Below are positions 1 through 10,324 of a stretch of DNA of 64,000 nucleotides, piece by piece. The position numbers and the translations under genes were made by a program. Below the pieces are notes generated by a model. It ran no database searches, was not told where the DNA came from, and was given only the letters and a program-made list of their open reading frames with translations. Every line of letters starts with the position of its first letter. The stretch's first letter is position 1. This DNA is from Pseudomonadota bacterium (GTDB lineage Bacteria; Myxococcota_A; UBA796; UBA9615): the NCBI GenBank assembly GCA_024229515.1, contig JAAESI010000117.1:22419-86418 (forward strand), in the 5' to 3' direction.

Positions 1-2390
1 AGGGCGAGTACCGCGAGCTGTTCAAGGAGGCGCTCCGCAACGGCTTCACCCGGGCCCGCGTCGACGGCGAGACGGTGCTGCTCGAAGACGCTCCGACGCT
101 GGACAAGGACTTCAAGCACAACATCGAAATCCTGGTCGATCGGCTCGTCATCAAGGAGGGGCTGGAGTCCCGCCTCACCGACTCGGTCGAGACCGCCCTG
201 CGGGAGGCGGACGGCCTCCTCATCGTGGATGTCCCGGGCTCGGATCCGCAGCTGTACAGCGAGAAGCTGGCCTGCGCCTACTGCCAGCTGAGTTTCCCCG
301 ACCTCGAACCGCCGCTGTTCTCGTTCAACACGCCCCTGGGCATGTGCTCCGACTGCAACGGCCTCGGCTTCCGCAAGGTGCTCGACGGCGCGCTCGTGGT
401 CGCCGATGAGGAGCTGAGCCTGGACGAAGGCGCGATCGTGCCGTGGGCCTCGGCGCTGAAGCGGAAAAGCGGCTGGCAGTACCGCTACGTGAAGCAGGCG
501 ACCGACGCCCTGAACATCTCGCGCACCAAGCCCTGGCACAAGCTGCCTAAAGAGCAGCGCGACATCCTCCTGTTCGGCACCGATCAGGAGATCGTCATCA
601 AGTGGCAGGGCAAGCGCTCCAAAGGCGAGTGGAAGACCACCATCGAGGGCGTCATCCCGAGCCTCGAGCGCAAGTACAAGCAGACCGAGAGCGCCAACAT
701 GCGGCGCTACTACGAGAGCTTCATGCGCACCCTCCCGTGCCCCACCTGCCACGGGAGCCGCCTCCGGGCGGAGGCGCGCGCGGTGCGGGTCGGCGGCACC
801 ACGCTGCCGACGATCGTCGGCATGACCATCGGCGAGGCCTGCATCGCCATCGACACCCTCGACCTGGACGGCAGCAAGGCGGTCATCGCGGAGGAGATCG
901 TCAAGGAGATCGCCGCCCGCCTCGGCTTCCTCGTCAACGTCGGGCTGGAGTACCTCACGCTGGATCGGCTGGGCCCCACCCTGTCGGGCGGCGAGTCGCA
1001 GCGGATCCGGCTCGCAGCTCAGGTCGGCACAGAGCTCACCGGCGTCATCTACATCCTCGACGAGCCGTCGATCGGGCTGCACCAGCGGGACAACCAGCGC
1101 CTGCTCAAGACGCTCCAGCACCTGCGCGACATCGGCAACTCGGTGGTGGTCGTCGAGCATGACCAGGAGACGATCGAGGCGGCCGACTTCGTGGTCGACT
1201 TCGGCCCCGGGGCGGGCACGCTCGGCGGCGACATCGTCTTCTCGGGCAAGCCCAGCAAGCTCCGCACCTCCAAGACCCTCACCGGCAAGTACCTGTCGGG
1301 GCGCAAGAAGATCGAGGTGCCGTCCGACCGGCGCAAGCCCGGCAAGAACTGGCTCGAGGTCCTCGGCTGCAACGCCAACAACCTGCGCGACGTGGATGTG
1401 CGCATCCCCGCGCAGTGCCTCGTCGCGATCACCGGGGTCAGCGGCGCGGGCAAGAGCTCCGCGATCAACGCCACGATCTCACCGGCGCTGGCGAACCACT
1501 TCCACAACGCCTCGCGCGGGGTCGGGGCGCACAAGCAGATCAAGGGGCTGGAGCACTTCGACAAGATCATCGACATCAACCAGCAGCCCATCGGGCGCAC
1601 GCCGCGGAGTAACCCGGCGACCTACACGAAGCTGTGGGACCCGATCCGGGAGGCCTTCGCCAACACCAAGGAGGCCAAGGCGCTGGGGTTCGAGAAGTCG
1701 CGCTTCAGCTTCAACGTCAAGGGCGGCCGGTGCGAGACCTGCGGCGGCGCGGGCGCGATCAAGATCGAGATGAACTTCCTCGCGGACGTGTTCGTGCCCT
1801 GCGAGGTGTGCGGCGGCAAGCGCTTCAACGACGCCACCCTGCGGTGCAAGTACAAGGGGCTGGACGTCAGCGAGGTGCTGAACCTGACCATCGCCAACGC
1901 GCTGGAGCACTTCAGGAACAACCCCAAGATCCGGCGGGTGCTGCAGACGCTCGTGGACGTGGGGCTCGGCTACGTCGCGCTGGGGCAGAGCAGCACCACG
2001 CTGTCCGGCGGCGAGGCGCAGCGGATCAAGCTGTCGCGGGAGCTCGCCAAGCGGGACACCGGAGGCACGCTGTACCTGCTGGACGAGCCGACCACGGGGC
2101 TGCACTTCGACGACATCGCCAAGCTGCTCAAGGTGCTGGATCGGCTCGTCGATCAGGGCAACACCGTCGTCGTGATCGAGCACAACCTCGACGTCATCGC
2201 CTGCGCCGACTGGATCATCGATCTGGGCCCCGAGGGGGGCAGCGGCGGAGGGCTCGTCGTGGCCGAGGGGCCGCCCGAGTTCATCGCCAGCAAGAAGGAC
2301 GTCTCCCACACGGGTCGGTTCCTCGCGGAGATGATGGACGAGGCGCCCACCACGCCGCCGTCGGCGGGAGACGAACTCCGAGTCTTCTGA
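1..2390 (+). CDS. uvrA: Excinuclease ABC subunit A (UvrA), 5'-truncated by the window edge
   Basis: 771-aa ORF open to position 1; two ABC ATPase modules with LSGGE signature motifs (TLSGGESQRIRLA, TLSGGEAQRIKLS), CxxC zinc-finger pairs, typical UvrA C-terminus. Confidence 0.9.
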   Translation, partial: GEYRELFKEALRNGFTRARVDGETVLLEDAPTLDKDFKHNIEILVDRLVIKEGLESRLTDSVETALREADGLLIVDVPGSDPQLYSEKLACAYCQLSFPDLEPPLFSFNTPLGMCSDCNGLGFRKVLDGALVVADEELSLDEGAIVPWASALKRKSGWQYRYVKQATDALNISRTKPWHKLPKEQRDILLFGTDQEIVIKWQGKRSKGEWKTTIEGVIPSLERKYKQTESANMRRYYESFMRTLPCPTCHGSRLRAEARAVRVGGTTLPTIVGMTIGEACIAIDTLDLDGSKAVIAEEIVKEIAARLGFLVNVGLEYLTLDRLGPTLSGGESQRIRLAAQVGTELTGVIYILDEPSIGLHQRDNQRLLKTLQHLRDIGNSVVVVEHDQETIEAADFVVDFGPGAGTLGGDIVFSGKPSKLRTSKTLTGKYLSGRKKIEVPSDRRKPGKNWLEVLGCNANNLRDVDVRIPAQCLVAITGVSGAGKSSAINATISPALANHFHNASRGVGAHKQIKGLEHFDKIIDINQQPIGRTPRSNPATYTKLWDPIREAFANTKEAKALGFEKSRFSFNVKGGRCETCGGAGAIKIEMNFLADVFVPCEVCGGKRFNDATLRCKYKGLDVSEVLNLTIANALEHFRNNPKIRRVLQTLVDVGLGYVALGQSSTTLSGGEAQRIKLSRELAKRDTGGTLYLLDEPTTGLHFDDIAKLLKVLDRLVDQGNTVVVIEHNLDVIACADWIIDLGPEGGSGGGLVVAEGPPEFIASKKDVSHTGRFLAEMMDEAPTTPPSAGDELRVF

Positions 2391-2411
2391 CTGCGGTTCG
2401 GCCGCCAGGCC

Positions 2412-5400
2412 CTAGCGAACGACCGCATCCGCGGGAGCGGCCGGAGCCGACGCGGTCGCGCTTTCCCGGTAGACACCGAGGCTGAGCGAGCCGATGTGGT
2501 CCTGGTCGTCGCGGGCGAAGATCTCGATCCGGTTGTCGCCGGGCACGAGGTCCACCTTCAGCTCGAAGGGATGCTCGGGCGAGGCCGCCGGAGCCAGCGT
2601 GTAGCTGACCTTCTTGTCGTTCACGAACACGAACAGGTCGCGCACGTCCGAGTCGTCCACGATGGCGCCCGAGACCGTCAGCTGGTCGGTCACCACGACG
2701 GACCCGCCGGGGTTGCTGGCGAGCTGGACCACGGGGGGCGAGTTGCTCAGGTGACGCGTGGCTTCGACCAGCTCGTCGCCGCGGGCGGCCGGGACGAGCT
2801 CCGCGGCTGCGATCCAGCCGGTGGTGCCCCACGGGAGGCGAGTGCGGAACCACTGGCCGAGGCGGCCGTCGATCTGCACTGCGCCGACGGCGGAGGCGAC
2901 CGGATCACCGTGCTCGGAAGCGCCGCCGTAGATGGACGCGCTGGCCCCCTTGGGCTTCATCTTGCGGTCCACCGAGGCGACCTCGTCGCTGGGGCTGAAC
3001 AGCGGGATCTCGAGCTCGCTGGAGAGCACCTCCATGAAGAGGGCGTCGCCGACGGTGAGCGACGCCTCGATGGTGTCGCGCTGGCCCACGTCCTGCTCGA
3101 CGCGGAAGTGCAGGCGGTGCTCGCTGCTGGCGCCCGGGCGGAGGCTGAACTCGTCGCTCCCCTCGGTCAGGAACAGCGCCTCGCCGGAGCGGTTCTTGAA
3201 GCGCACGAAGCCGCGCCGGAGGTCTTCCTCACCCTCGGGGACCACGCCCCGGTCGGCCTGCCACAGGTCCGCCGTCGCGCCGGTGCCGATGTTCTTCACG
3301 GCGACCACGAGGTCGATCTCTTCGCCCGCCTGGAGCAGCCCGTCGCCGTTGCCGCGGGATCCCCCGCTGCCGTCGTCGACGATCTGCCAGGAGAAGGCGA
3401 ACCGCGGGTGCGGGACCTCTTCGATCTGGAGTCGGCTGGTGAACGGACCGGGAGCGGGACCGCCCTCGGTGAAGAACCGCCAGCTGACCGCCTCGGTGCG
3501 GGCGTTCAGCCACAGTCCGGGGGTCGTCTCGACGGAGAAGGTCTTGGTCTCGCCCGCGCCGATCTTGCCGAAGACGAACTCACGCCCCCGGAAGAAGCCG
3601 GGGCGCGCGGCCGCCGCCTCGTCCGCCGGGACGGTCACGGCGCGGAGCCGGTAGATGGGCGCGTCGCCGGTGTTGGTCACGGCCAGCTGCACGTTGGAGG
3701 TGATGCCCGGGGTGAGCATGCCGTCCTCGCGGTCGACGGTCAGGGCCACCTGCACGGTGGGAGCGGCGGACGCGGCCGCCTTGCCCTTGCGCTTCTTGGC
3801 CGGCGGCGCGGACCAGTCGATGCCGACCGTGCCGAGGTCGTCTTCCAGCTGCTTGACGCGATCGGCGAAGAGGCTGTCGAGGATCGGGCCGGCGGCCGCG
3901 ATCATCTCGGAGCCCTTGGCCGAACCGGCGGTGGTCAGCAGCGCCTTCGCGGCCCGGATCTCCGGGTCCTCGAGGTCATCGGCGGGGCCGGTCTCGCGGT
4001 CGTTGTCCTTGCGCTCGAAGCAGTCGTTGCAGGAGTAGACCCAACGCGGGATCTGGATCTCCGTGCCTTCGCCACCCCACCCGAAGGCGTGCTCGAGGTC
4101 TTCCTCGCGAAGCTCAAAGTCCTGCCAGAAGAGCTGGACGTGGCCGTCGTCGGTCCGCACGAGGGCGGGCCGCAGCTCGATGTCGGGGACGATGCCGACG
4201 CCCTGGATCGAGCCGTCACCGGCCGTCAGGTACTGCGCGATGGTGAGCTTGAGCGCGCCGGTGTGGAAGTCGCGGTCGTAGAGGTTCTGGACCGAACCCT
4301 TGCCGAAGGTCCGCACGCCCAGGAGGGCGGCTCGATCGTGGGCCTGCAGGGCGCCCGCGACGATCTCGGAGGCAGAGGCGGAGGCCTCGTCCACGAGCAC
4401 CACGATCGGCAGCTCGTCCTCGGTGCCGAAGCGTCGCGCGGGGGTGTCCTCTCGCGCGGAGCCGGCGAGCCCCTCGGTAGCGACGATGACGCCGCTGTCG
4501 ATGAACTTGTCGGTCACCTCGATCGCCTGCTGCAGGTACCCGCCGGGGTTCTGCCGGAGGTCGATGACGATCCCCTTGAGCTGCCCCTGCTTGTCCTGGA
4601 TGGCGTCGGTCTCGAGCTCCTCGAGGGCCATCTCGATGCGGTCGTAGGTCTGCTGCGAGAAGTGGCTCACCTGGATGAGTCCGACGCCGTCGCCGGCGTA
4701 CGCCCACTCGACCGACGGAACCTCGATCTTGTCGCGGGTGATGGCGACCTCGCGATCCGGTCCCTTGTCGTTGCTGACGGTGATGACGACCTCGGTGCCG
4801 ACCTCGCCGCGGAGCTTCCCGACGGCCTCCTGCAGGGTCATGTTGACCGTCGACTCCGAGCCGATCTTGTCGATGCGGTCGCCGGCCCCGAGCCCCGCGC
4901 GGGACGCGGGCGTCCCCTTGAGGGGGTACAGGATGGTGAGGCGGCGGTCGCGGATGCCGATCGTGATGCCCAGGCCGCCGAAGTGGCCCTTGTTCGTGAT
5001 CTGCATCTCCTTGTAGTAGTCCGGCTCGATGTAGACGCTGTGGGGGTCGAGCGTCTCGAGCATGCCGTTCATGAGCGCGTACTCGACCGGGGGCCGCTCG
5101 ATCTCGGCGGCGAGGTGGTCGTCGACGAACACGGCGACCTTGCGGATGACGCCCGCGAGGTCGGCGATCGAGTCCATCGCGGGCAGCGCGATCGAGGTCT
5201 CGTCCGCGCCCACGACGACGCGCAGGATGTTGCCGTCGTCCTCGAGCTCGTAGAGGAACTCGGGCACCCGGCGGCCGACCCGGTCCAGGGACGCCACGAG
5301 CATGTCCTCCGCGTCCACGCGCGTGGGATCGACGTACTCACCGGTGATCTTCGAAGCGGCGCCGGTGAAGTACCGGAGCTCGGACAGGCTGTAGTCGTCG

Positions 5401-5528
5401 TCGCCGAAGGCGGTCGCCAGCGCGAGGGGACCTCCGGCGCTGGAGAACGGGCCCCCGGGGGTCACCAAGATCCAGGCGCCGACGAGGACGCCTGCCATCA
5501 ACGCGGCTCCCGCGAGCTTTCGCCTCAT
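2412..5528 (-). CDS. C-terminal processing (S41, tail-specific) peptidase with PDZ domain and a roughly 580-aa C-terminal extension
   Basis: ORF 2412..5597; start moved to internal ATG at 5528 (MRRKLAGAALMAGVLVGAWILV signal-like N-terminus); S41 core VVLVDEASASASEIVAGALQ...GVRTFGKGSVQ; alternative starts 5546 and 5597. Confidence 0.8.
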   Translation of the reverse strand: MRRKLAGAALMAGVLVGAWILVTPGGPFSSAGGPLALATAFGDDDYSLSELRYFTGAASKITGEYVDPTRVDAEDMLVASLDRVGRRVPEFLYELEDDGNILRVVVGADETSIALPAMDSIADLAGVIRKVAVFVDDHLAAEIERPPVEYALMNGMLETLDPHSVYIEPDYYKEMQITNKGHFGGLGITIGIRDRRLTILYPLKGTPASRAGLGAGDRIDKIGSESTVNMTLQEAVGKLRGEVGTEVVITVSNDKGPDREVAITRDKIEVPSVEWAYAGDGVGLIQVSHFSQQTYDRIEMALEELETDAIQDKQGQLKGIVIDLRQNPGGYLQQAIEVTDKFIDSGVIVATEGLAGSAREDTPARRFGTEDELPIVVLVDEASASASEIVAGALQAHDRAALLGVRTFGKGSVQNLYDRDFHTGALKLTIAQYLTAGDGSIQGVGIVPDIELRPALVRTDDGHVQLFWQDFELREEDLEHAFGWGGEGTEIQIPRWVYSCNDCFERKDNDRETGPADDLEDPEIRAAKALLTTAGSAKGSEMIAAAGPILDSLFADRVKQLEDDLGTVGIDWSAPPAKKRKGKAAASAAPTVQVALTVDREDGMLTPGITSNVQLAVTNTGDAPIYRLRAVTVPADEAAAARPGFFRGREFVFGKIGAGETKTFSVETTPGLWLNARTEAVSWRFFTEGGPAPGPFTSRLQIEEVPHPRFAFSWQIVDDGSGGSRGNGDGLLQAGEEIDLVVAVKNIGTGATADLWQADRGVVPEGEEDLRRGFVRFKNRSGEALFLTEGSDEFSLRPGASSEHRLHFRVEQDVGQRDTIEASLTVGDALFMEVLSSELEIPLFSPSDEVASVDRKMKPKGASASIYGGASEHGDPVASAVGAVQIDGRLGQWFRTRLPWGTTGWIAAAELVPAARGDELVEATRHLSNSPPVVQLASNPGGSVVVTDQLTVSGAIVDDSDVRDLFVFVNDKKVSYTLAPAASPEHPFELKVDLVPGDNRIEIFARDDQDHIGSLSLGVYRESATASAPAAPADAVVR

Positions 5529-5704
5529 CGAATCTGCTTCCGGCATAGAGAACACCGGCGGGTGAACCGCGGCGAGGGGACTCGTCTGTGTACGCATTCA
5601 GTCATTCCAGGGGGGGCTGTTGATCATGGGTGCCCTGAGGGCCGACCGCAAGGTTCCGTGCTCGCAGCCGGTAAGACACCTGGGGAATGTGGAGCCATCC
5701 CTCA

Positions 5705-5733
5705 TTGACAGAGGGGGTACCGCGCCGTAGAAA
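5705..5733 (+). promoter_or_regulatory. Candidate sigma-70-type promoter for the PBP gene
   Basis: TTGACA (5705-5710), 17-bp spacer, TAGAAA (5728-5733), about 34 bp upstream of the start at 5767. Confidence 0.35.
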
Positions 5734-5766
5734 TCCTCGCCCCCTGGCCCCAAGGTTTCCTCCCCC

Positions 5767-8700
5767 ATGGTCCTCCGCACCAAGTGCCCGTCCTGCGGCG
5801 CTACGTACCGGCTGAAAGAGCCGCTCCCCCGCTCGGGGAAGCGGTACCGCTGCAACTGCGGCACGGTGATCACGATCTCCTACCCCGACGAAGTCGTCGC
5901 GGAGTTGGAGCGTCGCGGTACACAGTTCGAGCCGGCATCCACCCCCCTGGACACCGTCGAGCCGCCGGAGGTTCCCCTCCAGGACGAACCGACGGTCCCG
6001 CTGGCGCGTCCTTCGCGACCCGCGCCTCCGCCGCCGGCCCCCATTCCGAAGCCGGCGCCCCGGCCCGCCGCGCCCCCCGCGGCCGCTGCGCCTCCGCCCC
6101 CCGCGGTGCCTCCCGCGCCCCGCCGGGCCCCCACTTCGGGCAGCGGCCTGGGTCTGAGCGCGCCGCCGTCGATCCCGCCGATGCCCCAGGCGCGGCCGAT
6201 CCCCCAGTACGACCTGAACCAGTCGCCGACTATCCGCACCGAGCCGATGGACAGCCTCCGGCAGCCGCCGAGCAACGGCAACGGCGCGCCCAACCCGTTC
6301 AGCAACAAGCCGGTCGTCGAGCCGGGGCTGGCGAGCGACCGGCGCCACACCAACCCCGGTGGCGCCCTCCCCCCGAGCCGCACGATCGACATGCCCGAAG
6401 GGGACACTCGGCTGCAGGACGAGGCCCCGCCGCCGCGTGATCTGACGCCGGTGCAGGCGAAGTCGCCGGCGCCGGCGCCGGCCGCGGACCTGGACGGTCC
6501 CGCCCCCGCCGTGCCGCCCAAGAAGAAGCGCCGCAAGAAGAAGCGGAAGCCCGGCGCCAAGGGCAAGGGCAAGGCCGCCCGAGCCGCCAAGGAGCCGCCC
6601 AAGACGTTCCTGGGCAAGGTCTACCGGAGCAAGTTCGTCCGGTTCTCCCTGCTGATGGTGGTGCTGATCGGGCTGGCCGGAATCGGCACCCTCGTCGGCG
6701 TGATCATGCACTACAGCAAGGGGCTCCCGTCGGTGGACACCCTCGCGGTGTACGAGCCCCCGACGGTCACGATCGTGCGCGACGGCGAGGGCCAGATCAT
6801 CGGCCAGTTCTGGGAAGAGCAGCGCTACCTGGTGCCCCTGGAGCGGATCCCCAAGCACGTCCAGGACGCGTTCGTGGCGTCGGAGGACGCGGCCTTCTGG
6901 GAGCACTCCGGGCTGGACTACATGGGCATCGCCCGCGCGATGCTCAAGAACATTCAGGAGCGCCGCATGGCGCAGGGCGCCTCCACGATCACGCAGCAGG
7001 TGGCGCGGTCGTTCCTGCTGACGCGGGAGAAGAAGCTCGAGCGCAAGATCAAGGAAGCGATCCTGTCGGTCCGGGTGGAGAAGAACTTCTCCAAGGAGCA
7101 CATCCTCTACCTGTACTTGAACCAGATCTTCCTGGGCCATGGAGCCTACGGCGTGGGTGCGGCGGCGCAGCTGTACTTCAACAAGGACATCTCCGAGCTG
7201 ACGCTGGCGGAGGGCGCGATCATCGCGGGGCTTCCCCAGGCGCCTTCGAACTACTCGCCCAACCGCAACTTCGACGCCGCCCGGCAGCGGCAGCGCTACG
7301 TGCTCAACCAGATGGCGGACAAGGGCTACATCACCCAGGAAGAGGCGGACATCGCCTACGACACGCCGCTGGTCTTCAGCAAGAAGCGCGACAAGAACCT
7401 GGACCACGCGCCCTACTACGTGGAGCACGTGCGCCGGTACCTGGTGCAGACCTACGGGCACGACACGGTCTACAACCAGGGCCTGCAGGTGGTGCTCCCG
7501 CTGGATCTGGAGCTGCAGTACGTCGCCAACGAGGCGGTCAAGACGGGGGTGCGGCGCAGCGACAAGCTGATGGGCTACCGCGGCGCGATCGAGCAGCACG
7601 CCGCCCCCAGCGCGCAGGCGGAGCGGCGGATCGAGATCGACCGCAAGCGCGCCGTCGATCTGCGGCCCTACGACCCGGCCTTCGAGCTTCCTGAGGGAGC
7701 CGTCGACCCGGACCTCATCCCGCCGCTGCAGGAGGCGGAGATCTCGCGCGCCATCGTCGCGTCGGTGGAGAAGAAGTACGCCTTCGTCGACGTCGGCAGC
7801 CGCCGCGGCCTGCTCCACGTCGAAGAGTTCACGTGGTGCCACAACGTGAACCCGGAGGTGACCTTCAAGTACTTCCGCTGCAAGTCGGTGGACGACGTGC
7901 TCGAAGTCGGGGACGAGATCGAGATCAGCGTCGTCGCCGAGACCGAGGAGTGGACCAAGACACTCGGCCGCAAGTGGGAGGGCTCCTACGAGTGGCCCCG
8001 CCTCGCCATGGAGCAGCCTCCGCTGCCCGAGGCCGCGCTCATGTCCGTGCGGATCACCGACGGCGCCGTGCTCGCGATGGTCGGCGGCGACGACTACACC
8101 GAGTCGGAGTTCAACCGCGCGACCCAGGCCAAGCGCCAGGTCGGTTCGACGTTCAAACCGCTGGTCTACGCCGCCGCCCTGGACAGCGAGGACGTCGAGT
8201 TCCACGCCAGCTCGATCCTCATCGACGCCCCCATCGTCGAGGAGAGCCGCGGCGAGAAGGGCGAGGTCTGGACCCCCGGCAACAGCGGCGGCGAGTACCT
8301 GGGCGAGACCACGTTCCGCCGAGGGCTGATCCTCAGCCGCAACATCGTCACGTTGAAGGTGCTGCAGAAGATCGGGGTCAACTACTTCTACGACTACATC
8401 CAGCGGTTCGGCTTCGAGAGCGAGCTGAACAAGGACCTGTCGATGGGGCTGGGCACCGCCAGCATCGCGATGGCGGAGATGGCGCGGGCCTACACGGTGT
8501 TCCCGACGCTGGGCGCCCGGCAGGACCTGTACTACGTCAGCGAGGTCCGCGACCGGCACGGCAACGTGCTCGAGGCGACGACCGCGGGCGAGCGGATCGA
8601 GGACGTGATGGACGAGAACACCGCGTTCATCATGGTCAACCTGATGCAGGACGTGGTGCGGGCCGGTACGGCGACCAAGGCCAACGTGCTGAAGGTGCCG

Positions 8701-9072
8701 CTGGCGGGCAAGACGGGCACCACCAACGGCTACCGCGACGCCTGGTTCACCGGCTACACGCCGGAGCTGCTGACCACCACCTGGGTCGGCCTGGATGACT
8801 TCAAGCCGCTGGGCCGCGGGCAGTACGGCGGCGACGTCGCCCTCCCGATCTTCATCGAGTACATGAAGGCCGCCCTCGTGAAGTACCCCCCCAGCGAGTA
8901 CGAGAAGCCGTCCGGGGTGAGGTTCCACAAGGTCGACCCCATGACCGGGCTGCTCGTCGAGAAAGGCCGCGCCGGCGTGAATGTTCCGTTCCGCAAGGGC
9001 ACCGAGCCCACCCGCATGGCCCCCGAAGCGGGCGCCGTCGACACGGCCGACTTCCTCAGCGGAGGCTACTGA
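5767..9072 (+). CDS. Class A penicillin-binding protein (PBP1A-type glycosyltransferase/transpeptidase) with N-terminal zinc ribbon and Pro/Ala-rich linker
   Basis: 1101 aa; N-terminal CPSCG...CNCG zinc ribbon; long proline-rich low-complexity region; TM segment; GT51 motifs (EDAAFWEHSGLD, GASTITQQVAR); transpeptidase STFKP, SRN, KTGTT. Confidence 0.85.
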   Translation: MVLRTKCPSCGATYRLKEPLPRSGKRYRCNCGTVITISYPDEVVAELERRGTQFEPASTPLDTVEPPEVPLQDEPTVPLARPSRPAPPPPAPIPKPAPRPAAPPAAAAPPPPAVPPAPRRAPTSGSGLGLSAPPSIPPMPQARPIPQYDLNQSPTIRTEPMDSLRQPPSNGNGAPNPFSNKPVVEPGLASDRRHTNPGGALPPSRTIDMPEGDTRLQDEAPPPRDLTPVQAKSPAPAPAADLDGPAPAVPPKKKRRKKKRKPGAKGKGKAARAAKEPPKTFLGKVYRSKFVRFSLLMVVLIGLAGIGTLVGVIMHYSKGLPSVDTLAVYEPPTVTIVRDGEGQIIGQFWEEQRYLVPLERIPKHVQDAFVASEDAAFWEHSGLDYMGIARAMLKNIQERRMAQGASTITQQVARSFLLTREKKLERKIKEAILSVRVEKNFSKEHILYLYLNQIFLGHGAYGVGAAAQLYFNKDISELTLAEGAIIAGLPQAPSNYSPNRNFDAARQRQRYVLNQMADKGYITQEEADIAYDTPLVFSKKRDKNLDHAPYYVEHVRRYLVQTYGHDTVYNQGLQVVLPLDLELQYVANEAVKTGVRRSDKLMGYRGAIEQHAAPSAQAERRIEIDRKRAVDLRPYDPAFELPEGAVDPDLIPPLQEAEISRAIVASVEKKYAFVDVGSRRGLLHVEEFTWCHNVNPEVTFKYFRCKSVDDVLEVGDEIEISVVAETEEWTKTLGRKWEGSYEWPRLAMEQPPLPEAALMSVRITDGAVLAMVGGDDYTESEFNRATQAKRQVGSTFKPLVYAAALDSEDVEFHASSILIDAPIVEESRGEKGEVWTPGNSGGEYLGETTFRRGLILSRNIVTLKVLQKIGVNYFYDYIQRFGFESELNKDLSMGLGTASIAMAEMARAYTVFPTLGARQDLYYVSEVRDRHGNVLEATTAGERIEDVMDENTAFIMVNLMQDVVRAGTATKANVLKVPLAGKTGTTNGYRDAWFTGYTPELLTTTWVGLDDFKPLGRGQYGGDVALPIFIEYMKAALVKYPPSEYEKPSGVRFHKVDPMTGLLVEKGRAGVNVPFRKGTEPTRMAPEAGAVDTADFLSGGY

Positions 9073-9563
9073 TGCTTCGAAAGACGATGCTCCTGGCCCT
9101 CGCCCTGGCGGCCCTCACCGCCTGCGAGGAGGCCGACTCCTCCGTCGTGTTGGCCGTCTGCAATCCCATCCTGGACGACCTCGACCCCGGCATCGGCCCG
9201 GTCGACGGAGGCACCCAGGTCACGGTGAATGGGCTGTTCGTGGCCACCGACCTGGGCGTGCGCGACGTGACGGTGTTCGTCGGCGGCGCGGAGGCGGAGG
9301 TGACCGGCGCGTTCCGCGGCAGCGGCTGCACCAACTGCGACGCCTGCGTGGCCGAGGCGCTGCGCTGCGCCGAGTGCGAGCGGGTGTGCCGGGGCGACGC
9401 CAGCTGGACCGACCCCGACACCGAGGAGCACTTCGCGCCCGAGGTGTGCGAGGAGTGGATCTCGTTCGTGACCCCCGAAGCGGTCGAAGCCGGCTCCGCC
9501 GACATCCTCGTCAGCAACGCCCACGGCTCCTCCCAGGAGCTGAGCTTCGAGTACGAGGACTAG
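9072..9563 (+). CDS. Hypothetical lipoprotein, IPT/TIG-like with Cys-rich insert
   Basis: Start overlaps PBP stop (TGATG); lipobox LAALTAC; GC3-rich frame. Confidence 0.55.
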   Translation: MLRKTMLLALALAALTACEEADSSVVLAVCNPILDDLDPGIGPVDGGTQVTVNGLFVATDLGVRDVTVFVGGAEAEVTGAFRGSGCTNCDACVAEALRCAECERVCRGDASWTDPDTEEHFAPEVCEEWISFVTPEAVEAGSADILVSNAHGSSQELSFEYED

Positions 9564-9577
9564 CCAGGCTCCCGGGC

Positions 9578-10324
9578 ATGAAGCTCCTGCTCCTGACGAT
9601 CGCCCTGCTGCTCCCGAGCGCCGCCCTCGCCGGCGACCCCTGCCCGATCACCCTCGAGCTGCACGAGTACACGCCGACGTGGCGCGATCGGGGGGCCGAT
9701 CTGGACGCGCTGGAGTCCCAGCGCAGCTGGTACGGACTCAACTACCGGGGGACCGAGACGGTGCGGGTTCGGCACGTCATCGCGGGCAGTCCCGCCGCCG
9801 CCTCGGGGCTCGCCGCCGGCGACCTGCTGACCTCCTTCAACGGCACGCCGATCACCAGCCGCAGCCACCTCGGCGAGCTGTTCGACGCCCTCGGCACCAG
9901 CAACAGCAAGGTCTCGCTGGGGGTCGATCGCAAGGGCACGGCCATGACCGTCGAGCTGGTGCGGGGCGCCGCCGACCCGGTCTTCTTCGGGCTCGTCAAC
10001 GCGACCGAATCGACCGAGTGTCGGTCGGTCTCGATCTGGAGCCTCACTGAAGCCCAGGCCGCCGCGGTCGCTTCCGGCGCGTTCACCGACCAGCGCGGCT
10101 TCCGCTGCGACGACGCCCACACGGCGATGGGCTCAGCCTTCGAGTCGGGCGACGTCATCATGATCCGGGGCGGCCGACGCATCCTCCTGACGATGCCGGG
10201 GTGGGGCACCACGTGCGTCGCGGTCGCCGACTACGACGGGGCGAAGCTGACGACCGACGCGCTGAGCGCGCTGCTCGAGAGGCTCGCGAAGGCCTACGTG
10301 GCCGACCGCCACGACAACCCCTAG
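9578..10324 (+). CDS. Secreted PDZ-domain protein
   Basis: ATG at 9578 inside longer ORF 8981..10324; signal peptide MKLLLLTIALLLPSAALA; PDZ-like segment VIAGSPAAASGLAAGDLLTSFNGTPI. Confidence 0.6.
   Translation: MKLLLLTIALLLPSAALAGDPCPITLELHEYTPTWRDRGADLDALESQRSWYGLNYRGTETVRVRHVIAGSPAAASGLAAGDLLTSFNGTPITSRSHLGELFDALGTSNSKVSLGVDRKGTAMTVELVRGAADPVFFGLVNATESTECRSVSIWSLTEAQAAAVASGAFTDQRGFRCDDAHTAMGSAFESGDVIMIRGGRRILLTMPGWGTTCVAVADYDGAKLTTDALSALLERLAKAYVADRHDNP

Noticed and set aside
602-1773. ORFs 602..1162 and 1159..1773 (plus 710..979 and 1049..1600 on the minus strand) overlapping uvrA
   Set aside because: Arg/Pro/Gly/Ala-rich off-frame translations typical of high-GC DNA; the uvrA frame has the conserved motifs.
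2496-8928. Very long ORFs 2496..5708 (+) and 5602..8928 (-) antisense to the protease and PBP genes
   Set aside because: Low-complexity Arg/Gly/Asp/Leu-rich products with no motifs; antisense to genes carrying clear catalytic signatures.
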